This document shows, piece by piece, positions 9,747 through 19,018 of a stretch of DNA of 63,196 nt. A model generated the notes under the pieces. It ran no database searches and was not told the origin of the DNA. It worked only from the letters and a program-made list of their open reading frames with translations. This DNA is from a virus. Its lineage: Duplodnaviria > Caudoviricetes. How positions within the stretch are numbered: the first letter of the stretch is position 1; the number at the start of each line of letters is the position of its first letter. The stretch spans positions 1 to 63,196 of IMG/VR virus record IMGVR_UViG_3300046171_000106, one strand, 5' to 3'. Position numbers and translations under genes: made by a program.

Positions 9747-11348
9747 TTAAAAAGTCCCATAAGTGTCATCATTATCCACAACTGTCCAAACATCTCCACC
9801 TTCTTTGAATAACTTATCATGACCAGTACCTATAATACCTATTGGGACTATATCGTCTTCGATTTCTTTTTGTTTTTCTGCATATAACATAGATTTTAAG
9901 TCTGCACTTGACATATCTTTAAACAATGGTGTACTAACAAACCATGCAAACATAACACAATTCATCACCATATCGTCATGACAACCACCATCTGCTTGCC
10001 AAGATTGTCCTTTTGATACAAAGGTTGCAAACTCTTGGATAGTGTCTGAGTCTCTTATATAGAGTTTATTCTCTTCCATTATCTCTCTAAGAGCTGCACA
10101 TCCCTGTGCTTTGACCTTCTTGGTCATTCTAACTCCTATTCCATCTGCTTTTACAGAACTAGTCATGAACATATTTTCATATTCTAGTTCGTAATATAAC
10201 TCTCTACATACCATTGTACCTTGATTATTATTCTCTACGATAATAAGTGCATCGTTATATAACTTACCATATTTTGCACATATATCTGGTAATAACATAG
10301 GAGATATCATATTATCTCTAAATGTACATACTTGTTCAAACATATTACCATCATGTATATCAAATATAGTAAATGTTGAGTAGTCTAATCCTTTACCTTC
10401 TGCAACATCAACAGTCATTATATACTCATGATGGGGTTTAGGTTTTTTATAAACCCTACATTGACCATATAATTCTTGAGGATTTTCAGACATTAGTCCT
10501 AAAATTACATTAGATGGTATTAATGTTCTCCCTGTTCCTAAGAACGAATTACCAAATTCTTGTTCAAACTGTAACTCAGATGTATTTGCAATGGTAGTTT
10601 CTTTCCACCTTTCATCTCTGCCTGGCACATCATTCCAGTTAACTTGGTAGTTTGCAAACTCATTTGACCCTGTAACTGAGGATTCCCAGATACGATGGAA
10701 CATATTACCTACTCCATTTGCAGTAGATGTAATAATAACCTTCGAGTTTTTACCAGATGTAATTACTGGATATGTACCAGTATAAAATGGTTCTGCATTT
10801 TCTACAAAAGCAAACTCATCAAGATAAAGAAGGTTAACAGATAAACCACGAATCGATGATGTAGTAGTTGCTGATGCAAGGATTCTAGAATTGTTTTCAA
10901 AATCAATACTTCCTTTGTTTAGTGCTTTAGTGCCAGGCTGTAAAAAGAATGGTACATTTTCCAACATGGTTGTTATACGAGATAACATCTCTCTTGCTGT
11001 AGCACCCTTGTTTGCAAGTATGGCCACTGTTTGTTCTGGGTGGAACAAGAGATACCAAAGAAGGTAGGCACATACTGTGATTGACTTTCCAGATTGTCTA
11101 CAGGCAAGGACAATGTTAAACCTGTTATCATTAAAGTGATTAATAAGATTTTCTTGATATTCATAGAGTTTGAATGGTACTAACCCCTCATCTAGTGATA
11201 TGATTTTTATGTATTTTGATATGAAATAAGCTGGGTCACGAGTACATCTTAAATACTCTTGAACCTTTTGGTCATCCCATTCTTCGGCAACCCCACTTCT
11301 TTTTACTTGGGAATTACCTAGATATCCTTCATTCTTCGGTTTCGGCAT
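9747..11348 (-). CDS. gp17: terminase large subunit gp17
   Basis: RQSGKS Walker A, LYLDEFAF Walker B, STANG, HDDMVM nuclease motif. Confidence 0.98.
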   Translation of the reverse strand: MPKPKNEGYLGNSQVKRSGVAEEWDDQKVQEYLRCTRDPAYFISKYIKIISLDEGLVPFKLYEYQENLINHFNDNRFNIVLACRQSGKSITVCAYLLWYLLFHPEQTVAILANKGATAREMLSRITTMLENVPFFLQPGTKALNKGSIDFENNSRILASATTTSSIRGLSVNLLYLDEFAFVENAEPFYTGTYPVITSGKNSKVIITSTANGVGNMFHRIWESSVTGSNEFANYQVNWNDVPGRDERWKETTIANTSELQFEQEFGNSFLGTGRTLIPSNVILGLMSENPQELYGQCRVYKKPKPHHEYIMTVDVAEGKGLDYSTFTIFDIHDGNMFEQVCTFRDNMISPMLLPDICAKYGKLYNDALIIVENNNQGTMVCRELYYELEYENMFMTSSVKADGIGVRMTKKVKAQGCAALREIMEENKLYIRDSDTIQEFATFVSKGQSWQADGGCHDDMVMNCVMFAWFVSTPLFKDMSSADLKSMLYAEKQKEIEDDIVPIGIIGTGHDKLFKEGGDVWTVVDNDDTYGTF

Positions 11349-11769
11349 TCTGTTTCTTCAATAGTTTCTGCAATTCAGCAGTAGACCCTACAAACAAGTT
11401 TTGATTTGTTGTTTGGTGTTTGGGTTTATCATCTTCTAAATCGTCCATCATCTTTTGTATTTGTAATAACTTTTCAGATGTTTCGGATACTGTTTTAATT
11501 AATTGTCCTGCGACCTCATAGGTTCGCGGGTGTTCACTTTCTTTTGCAAGGTCTAGGATTCCTTCAATAGCATCTTGACCCCTCTCTACAAGTCCATACA
11601 GCGTGTTTCTGGTGTATTTATAGTCAACCTGTTGTTCACCCTTCCTTTCTGCAAAACGACCACCAGAGTCCCTAGGAATGAGTTGTTTATTGGTTTCTTT
11701 AACGACTTCTTCTGCTTCGTTGTTGATGTCTAGAAGTTCATCTAGTTTTTCATCTATAGATTTTTTCAT
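11329..11769 (-). CDS. gp16: terminase small subunit gp16
   Basis: HPR.YEVAGQL and FVGSTAELQK motifs. Confidence 0.93.
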   Translation of the reverse strand: MKKSIDEKLDELLDINNEAEEVVKETNKQLIPRDSGGRFAERKGEQQVDYKYTRNTLYGLVERGQDAIEGILDLAKESEHPRTYEVAGQLIKTVSETSEKLLQIQKMMDDLEDDKPKHQTTNQNLFVGSTAELQKLLKKQNAETEE

Positions 11770-11771
11770 AA

Positions 11772-12596
11772 TTAAATATTGGTTTTATCAGTATTATAGT
11801 CTGAGTCATTCCCATCAAAAAAGTTTATTGTTTCAGTTATATTTAGTGGACTTGTTTCTGGACTTGCACCAGTTGGATTAGGTACTTGTTTAATCTCACT
11901 TTGTCTCCCAGCAGTCGAGTCTACTTGACCATCGTCTGATATGTAGGTTCTTGCACGAACATCTCTAATAATTTCAGAAGATGATATAGAACCATATAGG
12001 TATGTTTTCATTTCAAAATTTAGATTCCATGTAATAACTCTACGAGATTGGAAGTCTCCTTCGTATTCGTCTGTATAAGATACATCTGATAATATAATAG
12101 GTACATCCCTTTTCTCATTAGTGCCTGGCACTGTAGTCATTGTAACTGTAAAGTCTGGTGTAAAGAATGGTAGAATTTGTTCTACAATCTGTAATGCATC
12201 TTCGGTATTTTTTGATAAAATATATAAACCAAAGTTTATATTATAAGGAACTGGTGCAAACTGTGTTCTTAAAACTGTATTGTCACTACTATCATGCAGT
12301 TTGTATTGTTTTAATTTACCAAGTTTTCTTTCTGCATCGTATGTTAATCCTGTAATATCAAATGCAATTCTTGGTAAAGTCATTGCAACCCTTGACTTTG
12401 TATTGTCCATAAGGTCTGCGGCAGAATCTAATCTTGCAATAAACTTTTGTTTAGGGCCATAAGATAAAGGAACTCTTACATTCTGAGTTGCTGACCCATC
12501 AACATCTCTTTGAATATCAATCTCATTGAACATAGTACCAAATACTGATACTGCTCTTTTGATTGCTTCATGATAGAAATGTGCTTTACCTAACAT
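11772..12596 (-). CDS. gp15: tail sheath stabilizer/terminator gp15
   Basis: FGT.FN, VPL.YGPKQKF, LPRI.F, QIVEQILPFF.P. Confidence 0.93.
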   Translation of the reverse strand: MLGKAHFYHEAIKRAVSVFGTMFNEIDIQRDVDGSATQNVRVPLSYGPKQKFIARLDSAADLMDNTKSRVAMTLPRIAFDITGLTYDAERKLGKLKQYKLHDSSDNTVLRTQFAPVPYNINFGLYILSKNTEDALQIVEQILPFFTPDFTVTMTTVPGTNEKRDVPIILSDVSYTDEYEGDFQSRRVITWNLNFEMKTYLYGSISSSEIIRDVRARTYISDDGQVDSTAGRQSEIKQVPNPTGASPETSPLNITETINFFDGNDSDYNTDKTNI

Positions 12597-12834
12597 TTTT
12601 GATTCCTAATACATAATTCTCTGCAGCTGATTCTGCATATACTTCACTATGTCCTTTATATATTTCATCTGTTACCCACATCTTGTCTTCGAAGAATCGA
12701 ACACCCCAATGTCCTTGAACACTTTTATATACTTCTGCTCTTCGATTACTTTGCCAATAATCGTGATACTTTTGGTCAAAATCTTTCATTCTTTTTTCAT
12801 CTTCTTGTAACATATTCAAATACCATATTGCCAT
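12586..12834 (-). CDS. hypothetical protein inserted between gp14 and gp15
   Basis: 82-aa ORF overlapping the gp15 start; TATAAATA at 12840-12847. Confidence 0.6.
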   Translation of the reverse strand: MAIWYLNMLQEDEKRMKDFDQKYHDYWQSNRRAEVYKSVQGHWGVRFFEDKMWVTDEIYKGHSEVYAESAAENYVLGIKNVR

Positions 12835-12842
12835 AATTATAT

Positions 12843-13760
12843 TTATAGGTTTCCAAATGGGTTACTTTCACTAAAGTCTATGATATTAGAACCTGCTGTT
12901 TCAAAGTCTTTATTATCTGCAAGTGGGTCATTAGGCATTGTATATTGGTCTGGTGCAGTTGTAATTACTCTGGTAGCATTAGAAGTTGCACCTACAATAT
13001 TACCAGCACCTGCTTGTGCAGATAATACAAACATAGTACTACCAGTTGGTACATCTGTATCACTAAATGTAATATTATTAACTTTAAGTGTTTTAGAAGT
13101 TGCACCTTGAGATGAGTAATCTACTACATTACCAGATACAGTTTTACCAGTTGCAACTGTTTGTGTTACAGTTTCACCCACTACAAAGTCTCCAGAACCA
13201 GCACCAAGTGTCATTGATACTTGATATGAGAATTGGTCTTCGATGTTATCTAGTTCTGCAATACCTACATCAATCTCTTCATGTGAGTACTCGAATGTTT
13301 CACATTGTAGTTTGAATACATTAAGTTTACCTAACTGGTAAAATGGGTTCTCATGTTCTACGAACCTTATTTCAAATACTTGGTTTCCAAGAGGGAAGTA
13401 TATTAAATCACCTTCGTTAGGTCTTGTTGTTACTGCAAGATTACTATCTAATGATACAAATCTATCCCATGTTCTTCTTGATAAAACAAAAGTTGCTTGG
13501 TCTCGTACCTCTACACCAAACTTAGATAGTAAGTCTCCCTCACCATCAAATCCTTCGGTATTTTCTATATACATTTCTACTTGATATGCATCACCATACT
13601 TAGATGCTGTATCTTCACCAAAGAGTTCATCCTCATCTACGATTGTTCGTGGTAAGTAAAAACACTCGTGTCCATAGAATCTAAGAGATTCTACTACCAA
13701 GTCTTCATGCAAATTTTGTTCTGATTGAACTGCATGATTAAAATATACATTAGTAGGCAT
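12843..13760 (-). CDS. gp14: neck protein gp14
   Basis: RPNEGDLIYFP, FEI.FVEHE.PFYQLGK, DFSE.NPFG end. Confidence 0.95.
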   Translation of the reverse strand: MPTNVYFNHAVQSEQNLHEDLVVESLRFYGHECFYLPRTIVDEDELFGEDTASKYGDAYQVEMYIENTEGFDGEGDLLSKFGVEVRDQATFVLSRRTWDRFVSLDSNLAVTTRPNEGDLIYFPLGNQVFEIRFVEHENPFYQLGKLNVFKLQCETFEYSHEEIDVGIAELDNIEDQFSYQVSMTLGAGSGDFVVGETVTQTVATGKTVSGNVVDYSSQGATSKTLKVNNITFSDTDVPTGSTMFVLSAQAGAGNIVGATSNATRVITTAPDQYTMPNDPLADNKDFETAGSNIIDFSESNPFGNL

Positions 13761-13764
13761 AATA

Positions 13765-14580
13765 TTAACCCATCATTAGAGCAGATTCGGTTTGTAATAA
13801 ATTACTTTGTTCTTCTAGCTTTTCAATTTCTGTGTTTGCATCTTCTAGGATTTGTCTACCTTGTAGAGTAACTCCGCCAGGCAACTGAACTCCTTCGAAT
13901 TTAGATAAGTTTTGACCCCATTGTTTTTTAATTAATGCAGTGACATATTTCTTTAACCAAACATCGTTGTATATATCTGTAAATTGTGTTGGGTCTATTT
14001 TTCTATAACAATCTATCAAAATATATTCACCAGATGTAACTGCATTTGACCAATCCATATCTAAGTATAATCTGTTTTGTGCTTTATTAAATCTAATTGG
14101 AACTTGACCGATTAGAATTTCGTCCAGTAATTGAATATGGTTTTGTACCATTTCATATTGTATGATAGATGTAGAAGAAATATCATAAAGGTCATTTAGT
14201 CTTAATTGATATCTTAAGTCGAACATATTAAGTCCAGACTTATCTACAAATGGAAATATTCTTAATACTGATAATACTGATTCTGGAAGAACAACATATC
14301 CTTGTCCTTCTTTAAATGTCATATTAGAAGATATATGTGAACCAGTAGTTGATTGACCTATACTTGCATCCTGTTTTTGGTTTGCAAGGTCGTTATCGTT
14401 AATTTGATGTTTTAAAAATGTACGAATAGTACCATCATAGTGGTACTCTGCAAAATATTGTAATGCATCATCGATGATATCATCAATCTGGTCATCATCT
14501 ACATTGATATCTAACACTGGTTTACCCAGTTGTCTTAGTGCATATTCTTTAAGTGTTGCTTTGCTGTTTGGAGCTGCCAT
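13765..14580 (-). CDS. gp13: neck protein gp13
   Basis: Y.LR.LG.PV..INV, W.K.Y.TAL.K.QWG.NL.KF.G..LPGG. Confidence 0.95.
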   Translation of the reverse strand: MAAPNSKATLKEYALRQLGKPVLDINVDDDQIDDIIDDALQYFAEYHYDGTIRTFLKHQINDNDLANQKQDASIGQSTTGSHISSNMTFKEGQGYVVLPESVLSVLRIFPFVDKSGLNMFDLRYQLRLNDLYDISSTSIIQYEMVQNHIQLLDEILIGQVPIRFNKAQNRLYLDMDWSNAVTSGEYILIDCYRKIDPTQFTDIYNDVWLKKYVTALIKKQWGQNLSKFEGVQLPGGVTLQGRQILEDANTEIEKLEEQSNLLQTESALMMG

Positions 14581-14624
14581 AACATAATCCTATTAGAAAT
14601 TTATTTTCTCTAATACTATTTATG

Positions 14625-14876
14625 TTATTTTTGATTTGAAAGTAAAAAATCGTCTATTTTTTTATTGATGTTATCTAAAGAGTCCATCATTCTTTCCATA
14701 TCTCTTTTTAGGTCTTCTTTAGAAACAAAGTCACGATTCATTTCTTCTCGTGTACGATTTAATAATATTTCTAATCGTTTTGTTTCATTATGTAATTGCA
14801 TTATGAACCACACGAATGGGGCTACTATACCAGTAAGTACTAAATTCCAAAGTAGATGTATTGATTCCAATTCCAT
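14625..14876 (-). CDS. small membrane-anchored coiled-coil protein
   Basis: Hydrophobic N-terminal helix followed by a charged heptad region. Confidence 0.6.
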   Translation of the reverse strand: MELESIHLLWNLVLTGIVAPFVWFIMQLHNETKRLEILLNRTREEMNRDFVSKEDLKRDMERMMDSLDNINKKIDDFLLSNQK

Positions 14877-14915
14877 GATTCTCCTAAAATGCCTAGAAAG
14901 GTTGGTTATATAAGG

Positions 14916-15635
14916 TTATTTAGGGAATTCAAGATTTCCATCTGGTAAAACACTAAACTCCATAACATCATTGAAACTTGGTCGTCCACCCAAATCTTTG
15001 TTTATTTCACCAGTTTGTTTACTTTTAAAACTATTATTAAATGCAATAGATATTCTTTCAAAGTCACTACTATGTGGTTCTACATAATGTATCATTGCAG
15101 AAGGAAATAATAATAAATCACCTTCCTGTGGTATAAATCCAAAATTGTCTGCATCTCTTCTAGACATGTGGGTAAAGTCTGACATGTGATGTGCTTGGCC
15201 ACTCTGGAATTGTACCCACCCATCATTTTTAGTTTCTTCTGGTATTTGTACATAGAATGCACCACTGTACCAACAGCCAGGATGTGTATGGGGATTATTG
15301 TATGAAGTATTGTAATTAATATTTACCCAGTAGTTACCATGTTCTACTTCATAATCATTTTTATATTCACCCATGTAATATGGAAAAACTTCATTGTTGA
15401 AAACACTCTCAACACCATTTAATAAAGATTGGAATATAGGTCTTTCATTTACACCATCATCGGACTGCCAACCAGATGCATTATTAGAACGATTCCTACC
15501 AACTGGATTTTCTTTCCTCATGGTATAAGACTCTTTCTTCATTGCATTAAGTTGTTCACGAGTAATGTATCCCTCATCTACGAGATTTGTTCTAAATACA
15601 TTCCATGAAAACATTGGTATAAACATTAGTTCCAC
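14916..15635 (-). CDS. 2OG-Fe(II) oxygenase (TIGR02466-like)
   Basis: W.N.N....N..HTHPG...SG.FY, P.EGDLLLFPS...H.V, RISIAFN. Confidence 0.88.
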   Translation of the reverse strand: MELMFIPMFSWNVFRTNLVDEGYITREQLNAMKKESYTMRKENPVGRNRSNNASGWQSDDGVNERPIFQSLLNGVESVFNNEVFPYYMGEYKNDYEVEHGNYWVNINYNTSYNNPHTHPGCWYSGAFYVQIPEETKNDGWVQFQSGQAHHMSDFTHMSRRDADNFGFIPQEGDLLLFPSAMIHYVEPHSSDFERISIAFNNSFKSKQTGEINKDLGGRPSFNDVMEFSVLPDGNLEFPK

Positions 15636-16513
15636 TCCTTTTTAGCTGCAAGTTTTTTCCTATAAAAGTGGTCAAATTCTTTTATTCCACCCCTTCCTCG
15701 TTTTTCCATTAAATCTACAATTGGGTCATTCATTCTTTCTAAAAGTTCTTCTTTTGTACGATACTCAATCTTATGTTTCCAAGGATATCTAACAAAAGGT
15801 ACGAGTTGTACTATTGGTGTACCTTTTGGTATAATAAAACTTTTATCTGCCTTTGGATAAAAAATACACATATTATTAGTTGTCAATTGATTAAATTTAT
15901 CAGTATCTATTACTCCTTGCCATGCATGAAAGAATGGATTATTAAATAAAAATGGGTCTAACCAATATGTAGAAGTTCCTTTAGGTGTAGTTATTAAAAA
16001 ATCTAATTTAAATTTAAATGCCATTTTATCGTCATAACCACTACCTCTTGTTTGTGCAGCTGGATGACCACCTACAACATAATTACCTGTTAGTTCCTCT
16101 ACAAGAAGAAGATGTGACATACAATACTCATGTATTCTATCAGTATCATCTAAACTACCAGTCTTATTGAACTCCTTAACCAGTTCTCTAAGTTTTTCAA
16201 ATTTATCTTTTGGAATATCATCTTTTAGTGCAAGTGCAATTGATATCGGTTCATTTTCTTTATCACCTTTACTTAATGCAACAATAACAGTATGTCTATT
16301 TCTAATTAGATAACCCATGTTCATCCAGTCTTGCATAGCTGGACATTTTTTTATGGTTTCAGATGTTTCATCATAATTATCTATATACAAAGGTAATTTT
16401 TTAAACCACTCTGGTCTAACTTTCTTTGCTGGGATGGGTTCAAATAAACTATTTTCTGTGTCTTGAACACATTCAAATAGTATTTCTTGTTCTTTTATTG
16501 GGCATTCGTCCAT
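15626..16513 (-). CDS. conserved phage hypothetical protein (possible dUTPase-like beta fold)
   Basis: P.WFK, TIKKCPAM.D...GY, G.IDTD, I.KGTP.VQ..PF motifs typical of proteins in oxygenase clusters. Confidence 0.55.
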   Translation of the reverse strand: MDECPIKEQEILFECVQDTENSLFEPIPAKKVRPEWFKKLPLYIDNYDETSETIKKCPAMQDWMNMGYLIRNRHTVIVALSKGDKENEPISIALALKDDIPKDKFEKLRELVKEFNKTGSLDDTDRIHEYCMSHLLLVEELTGNYVVGGHPAAQTRGSGYDDKMAFKFKLDFLITTPKGTSTYWLDPFLFNNPFFHAWQGVIDTDKFNQLTTNNMCIFYPKADKSFIIPKGTPIVQLVPFVRYPWKHKIEYRTKEELLERMNDPIVDLMEKRGRGGIKEFDHFYRKKLAAKKEWN

Positions 16514-16731
16514 ATTCGCTCGTGTAAATAATATAATAATAATTTTAAAAAGAAGTCAAAAGTCATGATACCAGCTGCAACCTCAACTGAACCTGTAAGA
16601 AAATAACTAATTAATCCAGTAGTAACTGTTGCAATAATTCTCCATGAAAATGCTTTTGCAATTGACTTACTGTGAGTATCCAAGTTGTCTCCTAATCTCT
16701 GTTGCGGAGATTGATTCTGTCTCTTTATCAA
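16495..16731 (-). CDS. DUF2061-like small membrane protein (true start likely TTG near 16683)
   Basis: S..KA.SWRI.AT and LYY.HERIW motifs. Confidence 0.8.
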   Translation of the reverse strand: MIKRQNQSPQQRLGDNLDTHSKSIAKAFSWRIIATVTTGLISYFLTGSVEVAAGIMTFDFFLKLLLYYLHERIWTNAQ

Positions 16732-17455
16732 AAGACTCCTCTTCTATCTTGTACCCCACATCTCTTCCATATGTTATGTTGACAATGTTCGGTACTTTCT
16801 GTATAATATAGTGTACATTTTCTTCGTATCCTTCTCCTAGTAAAAACATTTTAATGTTTTGTTTTACTGTCTTGAAATCAAATGGATTCTTTGCAGTGTT
16901 TTCCATTGCACGAACCATAATTACTACTTGTCCTGTTTTATCAAAACATCTTTTAAATAGTGCATGATGACCATCATGAAAAGGTTGAAATCTACCTAAC
17001 ATTTGTGTAGTAGGTTTATTTTCATCAAACCTTTTATTGTCTGCAAGTATTTCTCTTGCAATAACTTCTGAATGAAGTTCACCATTCTGGTCTTCTACTA
17101 GATAATCTATTTCATTTTTTAAAGGTCTTTGAAATGCTTTATTAGTATCTGCATATCTACCTTTATCAATTGTATCCATAAAGATTATATAATCTGGATT
17201 TAAAATTTGTCGACCTTGAGTAAATGGACATACGAAATCCATAATTGCATATGGTTTTTCGGATTCTCTACATAGGTCTTTCATCCTATGTACTTGTCTC
17301 ATTCTACCTTCCTCTGAGAAATCCCAATCATTGTGTTGGGCTCGGACTGCATCTGCATTGAAATGGTCTGCATCTAAATGTTCAAGTAGACATTTTGAGA
17401 TGTAAGTTTTTCCACTGCCAGGCAGTCCCATAATTAAAATTGTTTTTGTTTTCAT
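16667..17455 (-). CDS. adenylylsulfate-kinase-like P-loop kinase fused to a cytidylyltransferase-like domain
   Basis: GLPGSGKT, NAD.VR, DFS.EGR, DFVCP in the N-terminal half; GRFQPFHDGH (HxGH) in the C-terminal half. Confidence 0.8.
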   Translation of the reverse strand: MKTKTILIMGLPGSGKTYISKCLLEHLDADHFNADAVRAQHNDWDFSEEGRMRQVHRMKDLCRESEKPYAIMDFVCPFTQGRQILNPDYIIFMDTIDKGRYADTNKAFQRPLKNEIDYLVEDQNGELHSEVIAREILADNKRFDENKPTTQMLGRFQPFHDGHHALFKRCFDKTGQVVIMVRAMENTAKNPFDFKTVKQNIKMFLLGEGYEENVHYIIQKVPNIVNITYGRDVGYKIEEESFDKETESISATEIRRQLGYSQ

Positions 17456-17469
17456 ACTAATACTTATGG

Positions 17470-18387
17470 TTACTCAAAAAGACTACATCGGTCTCCACGA
17501 ACTACCATACTTGTTCGAAAAGGAAATCCATTTTCCTTTGTATATTCAGCTGATGGTGCTGGATGTCTATGTGTTACTGCACCATTCATTACTACCAAAC
17601 GATTAGGTCTATATTGCACTCTACCTACTTCATATTTTTCTTCATCTTCTGGAATACCTGTTATATTATGGTCATGATATTCTCTATTGTAAAAAATTAA
17701 ATCACCACCCCAGTCTTCTTCCCACTTTTCTTGGTCGTAATATAGAAATGATAAATTATCAAGAGCAGATTCATTTAAGTGTGTATCTTCATGCACTGTA
17801 CCATCTTGACCTATTGTTTGTCCATTCCATCCACAATATTGAAAGTATTCCCAATTAAATCTAAAATCTTGTCTTAATTTATGGATAAACCAATCAGTAT
17901 GAACATCCCTATATCCTTCGTGATTTCTTGCTTGAACATTTTCTTTCCAACTAGATGTTAGGAATCTACGATTATTAAAATTGCGTAATGCATAACTAAC
18001 CATCTTACCACTACCATATGCATTTTTTAAACAAGTTCCACTTCCACCTGTTTCTGCAATATTAATGTATACAGCTTCACCCCAATAGAGATGTTGGAAT
18101 TCTCCATCTCTAAAGACTTTATTTTGTCGTCCCCAGTTTATTTGTGCATCTCTCCATTGTCTCCATGAACTCCATATGGCTGGTGATAGATAATTATCAA
18201 TTACCCATACTTGTTGGAAAGGAAGAGATTTTATTGGTTTGGGTCTATCTAGGTATTCAATGTTAAGAGGATGTTCTAACCATGCATAGTTATCCAGATA
18301 TTCATCATAGTTATCTTCTTGTAAACCATTAACTAGTTTAGACTGCTTTTTTGTCTTCACCCAATTTATCCTCACCACCATTAACAT
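17470..18387 (-). CDS. 2OG-Fe(II) oxygenase (prolyl-hydroxylase-like); start uncertain
   Basis: NGQT....G..HED (HxD), W..DWGG.L.F, PNRLV...G...H, R.S. Confidence 0.8.
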   Translation of the reverse strand: MLMVVRINWVKTKKQSKLVNGLQEDNYDEYLDNYAWLEHPLNIEYLDRPKPIKSLPFQQVWVIDNYLSPAIWSSWRQWRDAQINWGRQNKVFRDGEFQHLYWGEAVYINIAETGGSGTCLKNAYGSGKMVSYALRNFNNRRFLTSSWKENVQARNHEGYRDVHTDWFIHKLRQDFRFNWEYFQYCGWNGQTIGQDGTVHEDTHLNESALDNLSFLYYDQEKWEEDWGGDLIFYNREYHDHNITGIPEDEEKYEVGRVQYRPNRLVVMNGAVTHRHPAPSAEYTKENGFPFRTSMVVRGDRCSLFE

Positions 18388-18977
18388 CTAATGTATCGGT
18401 ATTAAATCTTTCATCAATCGGTGAGTCATCCATGAAATGTCCTACTCTAGGAATTTCTGCAAGATTATTTAAATAATGACTAAAGTCTTTGCAATCTTCA
18501 TCTAAAGTTTGTGTTAATTCTTCAACTAGTCTTTCACATAAACCATGTGCAAAGTCACACCACTCCATAATTCTTCTTGCAACTTGTCGTCTAGGGTCTT
18601 GAGAACCTTCTCTACCAGCAATAACCAGAGCAGTTACATCACTCAAATCCACATATACCTCTTGTAAATTCCTCATGAACATAATCGATTTTATCAATTG
18701 TTTCATTTCTTAAATCTTTTATATACTGATTAGCAAGTGTTAAACTTAGAGGTGGTTCTAAAAGGTTTAAATATTCTAGAATTTCAGATTTTTGTTCATC
18801 TGTTATTATAGAAGTTTCTTCACCTAATTCTATTTCAAATAACTCATCTTGTTCTATATAGAATAAAAAATCGTAGTCAAATGAAAATTGTGGTTTGTCT
18901 GCTTTGTCATAATTCCAACGAAGTCCTCTTTCATTGGTAATGTGTAAAACATTGTCGTGGTCATAAATTAATAACAT
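18338..18977 (-). CDS. hypothetical protein (two ORFs joined by a frameshift near 18670); possible partner or chaperone of the repeat adhesin
   Basis: Overlapping ORFs 18639-18977 and 18338-18706; GGAG SD before 18977. Confidence 0.55.
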
Positions 18978-19018
18978 AATAACTCCATAATATAAACTGT
19001 ACTAGTATATAGTAAGGT

